Origin: Caecitellus pseudoparvulus
Lineage: Eukaryota; Protista; Bigyra: Bicosoecida
DNA length: 64,000 nucleotides
Reading direction: 5' to 3'
NCBI GenBank assembly: GCA_965644315.1
Contig: CBFFRQ010000063.1
Coordinates: forward strand, 1 to 64,000
Position numbers and translations under genes: made by a program. The notes under the pieces were generated by a model. That model saw only the letters and a program-made list of their open reading frames with translations. It did no database searches and had not been told where the DNA came from. Within the stretch, counting starts at the first letter, position 1, and each line of letters begins with the position of its first letter. Shown here one piece after another: positions 55,304 to 64,000 of this stretch.

Positions 55304-57510
55304 TCAGGGGTTTAGTTGAGTTTGTTGCCAGGCAGAAAGTGCTGGTGCAGCTGCGTCTGTGGCGCTCATCTCGCCGAGCTGCTGCACTGCCCCCCCTGCA
55401 ACAGCCCGCACCGCAGCTGCACCAGAGGGCGTCGTACCAACGCTCAACTCTGCCAGAGCCACTGGCTCGCCCGCCTCGTCGGGTACCAATGGCTGCAGCC
55501 CCATTCCCCTCTCCACTGCAGCGACAAACGTTGCGTCGAGTGCCGTGATATGTGAGTCAGGGCGGACATCCCATGGTGTCGGGGCAGTCGGATCAGTGGG
55601 GGACCACAACTTGGGGAATGTCTCTCGATCAACCACCCGTTTCCTGGACGACCTCCTACCGGCAGCCAAGCTAGCAACGACATCCGCCGTCAGGCACTTC
55701 GATGCCCACTCGAACAGCGAAAGCTCCTGCACGAAATCCATCACGCTGCGCACAGTCACAAGCGCCGCGCCTGCCTCGCGATCCAGCAGGGGCAGGGGCA
55801 AAGGCGTGTCCACAATGCATGCTGGCAGGCTCATGGCCAGCAGCTCGTCGACGTCGGCGCTGAAAATCGCCGCAAGCGCTTGAGCGGCAGCAGGGTCGAT
55901 GCCCTCTGTTTGCAGCAGCTGCATCTGGGGAAGGCAGGTTGGACACTGGTACAGTAGGTGGCTGTCCGAAGGCTTCACTCCTTGGCCCCACCACGCGACG
56001 CGTACTGTCCACCCAGCCCGCTGCACAGCCACTGCTGTTCGCAGGAAGGAGGCAGCCACCTGTTGGTTTCGGCTGGCCCCTGCGTCAGGGTACAGCACTA
56101 CTTCCATCGGCCGTCGCCCATCCGTGCTGTCATGCCGCCGATAAACGACTCGCTCCAGGGCCACGAGGTACTCAATCAGGAGCTGGTGTGACCAGGCATT
56201 GTCCTTGCACCCAAACATGCCGCCCTGCGCGCCAATGAAGGGCACTTGCAACGCGGCGGCTGCAATGGCTGGTTTCAGCCCCCCTTCGCACAGGCAAACT
56301 CGGCAAACGCCCACAGGCAGCTGCTTTGGCACAAACGCGTGCAGTGGCAGGTCACCGCTCGCTGTCATGGCGAGGGGAGCAGTTTTCCGACCACCCCCCA
56401 GCGTGACGTAGCTTGGCACCCGCCCAATGCCGTCCTCGCCCCGGTCTTTGTCCAGCGTCTTCAACTGCGCCCCGAGCACCTCCCCCAATGGCGTGAGACA
56501 CGGGATGAGCAAGGTCACTGGTGTGCGAGCCGGCACATAGCCGCCTGGCACCACCGGCAGGGCCCTGAAGGGTGAGTGTGGGTCGGATGTCAAGTCCAGG
56601 CCCCACCCAGCTGCCCACGAGACGAGGAAGTCAGCAGCCCCCACAAGGCTGTGCAGCAGAGCAGGGGGCAAGCCCCGCCCTAGCAAGTCCTCCTCCGCCT
56701 GGTCGCCCCGCCACCCGAGTCCTGCGTGGAGGGCCAGCAGGGACAGGAAGGCTGCGTGTCGCTGCGCCGCCGTGGGCACTTCCGGCAAAGACGGCGCGAG
56801 GACGGGTTTGGGCTTGAGGGCCACATGCGAAGTATCCACACTGGGGGCTGCCTGCGCTCTCCCTCCCCATCCTGTCACCTCCCCTGCTCTGCCCTCCTTT
56901 GGAGCTTGTGGCGTTGCGCTGCTCAAACCAGTGCCGCGCAGCGGGACGGGAAGCCAGTCGCGAAGTCCAGCCAATGACTGCGACCCCATCAGCGAAGCAG
57001 GCAGACGAATATCCAGCACTGGCTTGGGGGACCCTTCGTCCAGCCCAGTCGTGCACGTCTGCGCAGTGCTCGGAAAGGACATGTGCTTCAGTGCGGAAAT
57101 TGCTGCCCGCACACACTGCAAGACCGCACCATGGCCAGGGAAACGTTTCCAGAGCTGTTTACCTGAGACACATCGAGTTTTATAGCCCACACATCCTGAT
57201 CCTCGATGGGGGTAGCCGGGGAATTGCTTTCTCCCTCACCCTCATGCCATCCGCGTGCATGGCGTGGTGCGGCGCTGTCAGGCGAACCCGCCGGCACATG
57301 CCCCCACAGTTCCAGCCCCACGCAAGCATCGGAGCCCACCATGGCCCAAGCGCTTGAAAGGGCTATGTCAGTTGCGTGGGCCCCACTTGCATTGAGGGCC
57401 GTCTCTTGTGCCCATGCTGCCGCTGCTCGCAGGTGAAGGGGCAACGGCAAGGAGAGCTCAACACGGCGAACCTTGCCTGGCGGCGGCAGGTGGTCTGCAG
57501 CTGCTGACAT
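55304..57510 (-). CDS. Protein with CyRepA1-like (cyanobacterial plasmid Rep N-terminal) Toprim/primase module; one intron at 57116-57162
   Basis: DLLGRGL, LLIPCLTPLGEVLGAQLK, SGDLPL, LCEGGLKP, FIGAQGGMF, LYPDAGASRN, VAWWGQ and DVDEL in the order I recall for CyRepA1 N-termini. A 47-nt GTAAAC..TGCAG intron joins ORF 57088-57519 in frame. Confidence 0.7.
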
Positions 57511-57957
57511 GGCGAGCACGCGACAGCGAATATATTGACCTGCCCCGCTTCTACCTCTTGTGTGTGATTGTGTTCAGTCAGCGAGAGTGCTCAGGGCGAC
57601 TCGACCGCGAGGCAGGCACAGCCGCTCCCTTGTTGGGCTGCTTGCCTTGCCTTGCGTACCAGCGCAAGGCAAGGCTCCATCCAACACAAAAGTACTTTGA
57701 TCCTCTCAGCTGCACCCTAGCTTGCTGGCAACGTCCGCAGCTTGAATGCAAGCTGGCGAGCAGCGGAAGGCCAAATTCCACCCACCAAAAAGATGTGTGA
57801 CGTGAACTTACACAGTAAAGTGAAACAGGCTCTCTCTGCCGTCGTTGTTCTGACCTGATCCTCGTCCTGCACCAGCACCAGCCCGCCTGCGGCTTGCCTC
57901 CTGAGCGGCCAGCACTGCGCGCAGACTTGGCGCCTGTGGCCGCGCCCAGGGCTCAAC

Positions 57958-59033
57958 ATGTGGTGGCAGATTAGCTGCTGCTCACGGCACGCCAGCGCGG
58001 AGTCACGCGCAGAGGGACTGGAGGAGGAGCTGAAGGCAGCGTGTGACGATGTCGTGCAAGCACACGCAACAAAGGCCAGCCTGTCCCGCTTGCGATTCTC
58101 ACTGGTTGGCATGGCAGTGCTCATGCTGTTAGCCGCGAGTGGAGCAGTGGGGTATGGAGTGTACTTTCTCCGCATGCGACACTTCTGGCAATGGACCCCT
58201 TTCTCTCGAGTGGCCCAAGCCATGTTCGCGGTGTTGGTGAGTGGCGCGTAACGCCAGTGAAACGTACCGCATGCTGCGATACAAGGCGCCAATGGACGAA
58301 CCTGGGCCCGTCACAGGCACTGATTGTCGTTGGCATTTACGTAATTGCTTGGAGAATGAACGCTGCAGAGGCTCGGGGAGTGGCTGCTGCGCGAGCTAAA
58401 ACTGACCTGCTGCAGCAAGCAGCCAACGAACTGCCGTACAAGACTGCCCGAAAAGTGATCGAAAAGTACGACCCCGCGAACGTGGGCAAGTACCTTGAAC
58501 TAGACCTCACGCTTGAGAAACAAGTTGCCGACCTTCGGGGGGCCTGCCGGGAGCTGTTTGGAGTCATCGATGTCCTCCTTCAGCAACGCAGCACGACTGT
58601 GACGAGCGAGCAGTTCCGGGCAGAAGTCGCGCCGGTGCAGCAGGTCCTCAACAAGTACGCTCGATACTTTTCGTCCAGGACGCGCAGGCTGCTGACGGCT
58701 GGGATCGATGAGCGCGTCATGGACTTCTTGGGCGTTACGCCCATGCCTGCCACTGCCACCCCTGCCGCCCACACAGCCCACGCCACTGCGAACCGGACGC
58801 CCCGCACGGGAGCACCGCAGTCAAGCCCTGTGCCTGAGGTGCCTGAGAGCCAAGGCAGCCCTGGGGGCACAGGAACTACGGAAGACATGCCCTCGCCAGC
58901 ACCTGGCGCAGATCCTGCACCTGCCGTTGAAGCTGGTGACTCCTCCCTTCCCGAGTCTGAACCAGAAAGAAGGGGGGCTCGTCGCCGCCTGGCCGTTGAC
59001 AGCGGTAGCTCTGCAGACCAAGATCATCGCTAG
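57958..59033 (+). CDS. Lunapark-like ER membrane protein (2 TM), lacking C-terminal zinc finger
   Basis: LEEELK coiled coil, two TM segments split by an intron, KTDLLQQAANELPYKTARKVIEKYDP, and DERVMDFLG. Confidence 0.6.
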
Positions 59034-59261
59034 AGGCAACGCTCAGCGCTGGGTTTGCAAGCACTGGCTTCGAAAAGGGTCCGACCCCTCAGAGCGCATG
59101 GAAGCCAGCCAAGTGACGCGCACAAACCAATTCAACTCAACACCCCATCTCACAGTATGTTTTTGTAGTTCATTGGACGCGCATTCGCGCTTTGAATGTG
59201 CCTGTAGTGCTGTGGGGCGCAAGGAAGTGCAGCGGCTGGAACCGATTTCCGCACTCCGGCC

Positions 59262-60149
59262 ATGGCAGCTGCCGTTCCCGGAGAGGGCTTGCAAGAAAAA
59301 GGGGACACGGCAATCGTGCCATTTTCCTACAATAACCCCTTCTGGGATGGCCTGCAGGCGCAAGAGCGTGTCTACGAGTTGCAAGGGAAGCGCGTGACTC
59401 TGAAGCAGGGCTGGGAGGCAGACGGCAGGGGTGGCTCCAAACTTGGCTTCGGCGCGTCAGTGTACGACGCAGCCTTCGTCTTGGCCCACTTCGTTGCCGA
59501 AGTTGAACCTACGCTGTGCTCTGACCGCGTGGTGTTGGACATTGGCACCGGCCTGGGCCTCACCTCTGTCGCTGCAGCACTGGCCGGAGCTCGCTGCGTC
59601 TTGGCGACAGATGGCGACGACGACCTGCTGCAGCGCCTGACGCTACCCAACCTGCGCAGTGCGGCAGACGAGTCACTGCAAGGGTTCGCTGTTGTGAATG
59701 GCGGGGCCGAGGCCATGGAGCCTCCCTGCATCGCTGTGCAGCGTCTGCTCTGGGGCGCAGCTGCTGACATTGACTCTGTACGTCGTGGCTGCGCTCAAGC
59801 TGGGGTACCGCGCCCAGACATCATTTTGGCTGCTGATATCGTCGCCTTACCATACGAAAAAGCCCTGCCATCCTTGTTGGACACTCTTCACGCCCTTGCC
59901 GGCCCCAACACGCACGTGTACATTGCCTACAAACCGCGGCACGTGTGCGAGAAGAAGTGGTTCCACCGTGCACGGCAGCGCTGCAGCGTGGAAGAGCTGC
60001 CGCCAGAAAGCTCCCTGCACAAGGACTTCCAAGGCTCTTCCATTCGCATCATGCATTTGTGGAAGTGGAGGCACGCAGCTGCCCAAACTCAGAAACCAGC
60101 GGGCGAAGTTCCTGCAGCTTCGCCGGCGCTGCCAGCGCCTGAACCATGA
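59262..60149 (+). CDS. METTL21/22-type (Methyltransf_16) protein-lysine methyltransferase
   Basis: GASVYDAAFVLA, VLDIGTGLGLTS, VLATDGD, LLWG, DIILAADIV. Confidence 0.9.
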   Translation: MAAAVPGEGLQEKGDTAIVPFSYNNPFWDGLQAQERVYELQGKRVTLKQGWEADGRGGSKLGFGASVYDAAFVLAHFVAEVEPTLCSDRVVLDIGTGLGLTSVAAALAGARCVLATDGDDDLLQRLTLPNLRSAADESLQGFAVVNGGAEAMEPPCIAVQRLLWGAAADIDSVRRGCAQAGVPRPDIILAADIVALPYEKALPSLLDTLHALAGPNTHVYIAYKPRHVCEKKWFHRARQRCSVEELPPESSLHKDFQGSSIRIMHLWKWRHAAAQTQKPAGEVPAASPALPAPEP

Positions 60150-62284
60150 CGTGTCGGCATGAGGAACTCCTGGGCATTTTGCTGGGGGGGCCAGGAGGTT
60201 TGCGCCGTCTTGCAGCAGCTGCACGCCAGGCAGCTGGGCAAGGCGCAGCACCGCCACCGGTCGAAGCACTCCCCCCTCACGAACCACACCGGCAGGTGCA
60301 GGCACAAGCATGCCCGCACGGTGTTGGGGTACTTGGCCTGCGTCCGCGCAGCCTCCGCCTCTGCAGCAGCCTTGGCCTCTGCTCCCGACAGGTAGTTGCC
60401 GTTGGCATCCAGCCAACCACGCGTATTTGTGTCATAATCCTTGAACGCGTCGAAGGTGCTGGTCGCACCCATAGTGCGTCTTACAGCTCGCCGCGCGACG
60501 ATAACGAGCGCCAGCACACCGAGAATGGTACAAATGATGATGATCAGGATGCTCTGTGTGTGTCTAGATGGAACTGCTGGGAGAATGGTGTAGTTCCCCA
60601 CCGCAACGATTTGCGTCAGAGGCATGTACTGTTGCGTGCCCCACGCCGGCGCCAGGCCCGCAGACAGCGTGAAGGAGCAGTGCAAGTTTGAAAACAGCGC
60701 TTGGCTGGGGGCAGCTGCCTCGATTTGTCCCGAAAAGTTCGCCGCGCAGCCCTGAATGCTGTCTGGCGGCCAGGCCTGGCTGCCCTTGCTGCGCGGGAGC
60801 GGGTCGCAGCAGGAAACCTTCCACCAGTTCACGTTGGGCTGCGTGCAGCTGAGTTTCAGGTCCCAGGACAAATTGAACTGGGAGACGGGGTTCCACGGCT
60901 GCAGGAGTGTGTCTGCACAGGCTCCATACTGGTCTCGCATTTGCACTGTGAAGTTGTGCACTGCGGCAGACGCGACAAGCACGCTGGCGTTGCGGCCTGT
61001 GATGAACCCGCCTGCTGAACCGGGAGTCACGTCCATCAGGGTGACTCGCAGCTCCCGTTTTCGCCGAGCCAGGGCAAGTGTCGAAGGCGACGGGGTTGGC
61101 GTGGGCGTCGCCTGCACTGCCAGACCTGAGGTCAAAGCTGATGGGAAGCGGCCACAAGCAAAATTCGTGCCCCACACAATGCACTTATCAGCAGGCAAGC
61201 CAGGCGACGGGGACACGCTGGGGGACGCAGCTGCCGAGGGAGTCACGCTGACTGACGGCGATGCAGTCGCTTTAGCCGGGCTGGGCGAGGCACTGACGCT
61301 GGCAGTGGGGCTGGGGGATGTGCCAAGACCTACCAAGGCCCGCTTCTGCGGTGCAAGTTCCCCAGTTGTTGTAAATCCGTTCCAGCAGTGGGCGGTGGCA
61401 GTTGGGGTGTCTCCTCCGTCGCCCCCCACGGACATGTTGAAGGGAGCCCCCGCCCGCACCTGTACACGTCCTCGCAGCCACGCTGTGGACAGGGGATCGC
61501 ACACATACTGAACCAGCAAATCGCCGCCTGGGACGCCCTCGCGGAAGCCGCCTGAGGGCCGGACTTGCCGCCCACCGAGGTGGCGCAGCCACTGGGTCAG
61601 AGTCCAGTTCGAAGAAATAGCATACTGGTCGGTGGGAGCAGTCCAGCCCAAGGCCAACGAGGCAGGAGGCACGCTCCAAGGCCGCCCGAAAGTCAAGTTG
61701 CACCCGGGGCCTTGGCAAGCACGCTCGTCCTGTGCCCAGCAAGCCACCACTGAGCCATTGTGGAGATTGGTGGGGTCGCTGCCACTGCAAGGCAGGCGAA
61801 CCTGCTCCTCGCCCCCGAAAGGACTCAAGGATGAGTCATCCACCAGGGCAACCATATGGGAGTTCAAGTGGATGACCCTGTCGGATGCAGCGACGTGCAC
61901 AGCAGCTCTCTGCAGCAAAGAGTCCCCCATCGAAGCCTTGTGCTGAGAAGACCAGCCTCCACATGGGTCCACGGACGCCGTCCAGGCCGAAGTCTGCAGA
62001 ATACGAGGTCAAAGACACGAAGGTTGAAAAGGGGCGGATGGGTGGCGGGCGAGGACGGATGGCTTTCATGAGCGCACCTGGGAGATGAGAAAGGAGGCTG
62101 TTGGGTGTGCGGAATCTGCACCCTGTCCAGCCGTGCCATTCAGCTCCCCCACCAAACCCAGGCGCAACGTTGTGAGGTTAAACACGTGTGAATCCACACA
62201 GGAACTGCACGAGTCATGGCTGCAGGGCTTCAGTTTCCCGCCGATCACGCTGGCCACTGCCGCCGCAAGCAGCAGTTCTCGCAT
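60089..62284 (-). CDS. Cys-rich type I membrane glycoprotein of unknown function (multi-exon 5' end)
   Basis: Signal MRELLLAAAVASVIG, S/P/T repeats, RRKR site, TM ILIIIICTILGVLALVIVA, Cys-rich tail. Confidence 0.6.
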
Positions 62285-62632
62285 GCCAAGTCCCCCTCCC
62301 CTGTCGAGCCGTGGCACGACAAGGCTACTGAGGCACGGACGAGGCCTGTAAACAGAGTGGATGGAGGCAAGCACAGCGGCCGAACGGCCAAATCTATCCG
62401 GAAATTCAAGTCTATCGAATGAATGACATTTATGCCTCGCTGATTGCATGCGGGCTGCACACCTACCGGGGCCGCTGTGAAGGGGCGGTCAACAGTAAAA
62501 ACACGCCACGAACAATCCAATCCCTCTTAAACCAAAGGAAAACTCCGTGAATCACCCAAGTGAACAAGTTCGTGCCCTCACAGGGCGAAACAGAGACCAC
62601 AAACCACTCAATTTCCGCAGCGCTCACCAGCA

Positions 62633-63115
62633 ATGTCAGGCAGCGCGCCAAGCCGCCCAAGCGTGGAGCCCAGCTTCATGTCATGGCTAGAGCAAGTACA
62701 CGATGATGCCTCAGCACAGGGCCCTGGCCTTGCGGCACCGGCCCAGCCTGCCAGCGCCATGAGCTCCTGGTTTCTCTCTGGCTCGGCGCCCAACTTTGTC
62801 AAAGCACACAGCGCATCCGCCACGCCTGTCTCGAGCCACACGGTGCGGAGCCAACCGAGCTCAGCTGCTGCTGTCTTGCAACGAGTGCAGATGGAGCCTG
62901 AAGTCCGCGAAGCTCTGCAGAAGCAACCATCAACACCTTCACAGCAAAGGGCGAGCACACCAACGCCCAACTCTGCGACAGCTTCAAACTCTGACCTGTT
63001 GAGTCAGTTGCTCTCGGGGCTCAAGGCTGAGCAAGCTGCGGTGGATGAGGAGCAAGCCCAGACCATTCAGGCCATTCGTGGCCAAAGGCCCTCTCCTCAA
63101 GAACAGGGTGACTGA
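62633..63115 (+). CDS. Hypothetical protein (160 aa, Ser/Gln/Ala-rich)
   Basis: ATG-initiated ORF with coding-like composition; no domain recognised. Confidence 0.45.
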   Translation: MSGSAPSRPSVEPSFMSWLEQVHDDASAQGPGLAAPAQPASAMSSWFLSGSAPNFVKAHSASATPVSSHTVRSQPSSAAAVLQRVQMEPEVREALQKQPSTPSQQRASTPTPNSATASNSDLLSQLLSGLKAEQAAVDEEQAQTIQAIRGQRPSPQEQGD

Positions 63116-63196
63116 CCGCTGCTTCGGGTAAAGAGAAGTGGAGCTTGACAGGAATACATTCACAAAGGTAATGACAACAGCAGTTGTGATGGAGAT

Positions 63197-63212
63197 GGTG
63201 TTGAGTAACACC
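63197..63212 (-). promoter_or_regulatory. Histone mRNA 3' stem-loop
   Basis: On the H2B strand: CCCAAC-GGTGTT-ACTC-AACACC-ATC, a 6-bp GG-initiated stem with 4-nt loop, about 80 nt after the stop. Confidence 0.75.
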
Positions 63213-63293
63213 GTTGGGGGTGGTGGTGGATGTGCCAGTGAAGGAGGGGGTGACTTGCTCCCCCCACTCCACTGCACGAGGAAGTCCAGGCGC

Positions 63294-63647
63294 TTAGGCG
63301 GAGGTGAACTTGGTCACAGCCTTGGTGCCCTCGGACACGGCGTGCTTGGCCAGCTCACCAGGCAGCACCAGGCGCACAGCAGTCTGCACCTCGCGGGAGG
63401 ACAGGGTGGCCTTCTTGTTGTAGCGGGCCAGGGAAGCGGCCTCGGCGCACACGCGGTCAAAGACGTCGTTGATGAAGGAGTTCATGATGCCCATGCCCTT
63501 CTTGGAGATGCCGATCTCGGGGTGCACCTGCTTCAGCACGCGGTAGATGTAGGTGGAGTAGCTCTCCACGCGCTTCTTCTTGGAGCCAGTGGAGGCGGAG
63601 GACTTGCCGGCCTTCTTGGCGGACTTCTTGGAAGGGGTCTTGGCCAT
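63294..63647 (-). CDS. H2B: Histone H2B (117 aa, intronless)
   Basis: [51 protein letters not shown]. Confidence 0.99.
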   Translation of the reverse strand: MAKTPSKKSAKKAGKSSASTGSKKKRVESYSTYIYRVLKQVHPEIGISKKGMGIMNSFINDVFDRVCAEAASLARYNKKATLSSREVQTAVRLVLPGELAKHAVSEGTKAVTKFTSA

Positions 63648-64000
63648 GGTGATGGGTGGGGGTGTGTGACACGGGGAAGTGAGCACTGGGGTGCTGGGAA
63701 GCGTGTGTGATGGAGGTGGGAGTGTAGAGTGATGTGGGGGCAAGCGAGGGAGTGTGGGTGGAGGTGGGCGGGAGTGTGCTGTGTGCACTGCGCCACACGC
63801 ACTGCTCGGTCACTGACATGCATGCACACCAGGCGCATCGGCCACACATGTTCTGGAGCTCATGTACAATGTTGACATGTGTAACTGGCATGCAATATCC
63901 AGTGAGCGCATCACACAGTCTGGGCTAGTCCCGTGCATATGCTTCAGCAGTCCACATGCACACCCCGCCAGCCCCGTCAGCTGCGCGGCCAGTCGCCGCA

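Noticed and set aside
63650-64000. GT-rich tract and CATG/ATGCAT palindromes upstream of H2B as telomeric repeat or RNA gene
   Set aside because: No fixed repeat unit or recognisable RNA structure; probably promoter/5' UTR truncated by the window edge.

Overview
Gene-dense, GC-rich eukaryotic DNA with short (about 45-120 nt) GT-AG introns. The histone H2B N-terminus (MAKTPSK) suggests a stramenopile protist (inference). Family assignments come from motifs I recognise, not from database searches. (1) Positions 1-6811 are a DNA transposon. It carries a frameshifted Plavaka/CMC(CACTA)-type transposase, a divergent 8-exon orphan gene, and phased CTAG arrays at both ends. (2) Three paralogous intronless receptors (13.2-17.9, 18.6-23.7, 29.7-34.3 kb) join highly divergent BspA-like LRR ectodomains to near-identical, mosaic 'constant' DNA blocks. 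These blocks encode Cys-rich GCC2/GCC3 repeats and a two-TM module with a DEG/ENaC- or ERGIC-like GGxxGxxxG helix. This is my best candidate for an undescribed system: variable sensors on a constant, possibly channel-like module. (3) A spliced gene at 55.3-57.5 kb encodes a Toprim-like module resembling cyanobacterial plasmid CyRepA1 proteins. The rest is mostly housekeeping: PH protein, class II photolyase, N-acylated Rab5-like GTPase, PAM2/PYM-like protein, USP48-like DUB, SelO, C2 protein, MMADHC, EF-hand protein, glutathione synthetase, CUB membrane protein, Nup42-like, Lunapark-like, METTL21-type methyltransferase, and H2B with a 3' stem-loop.
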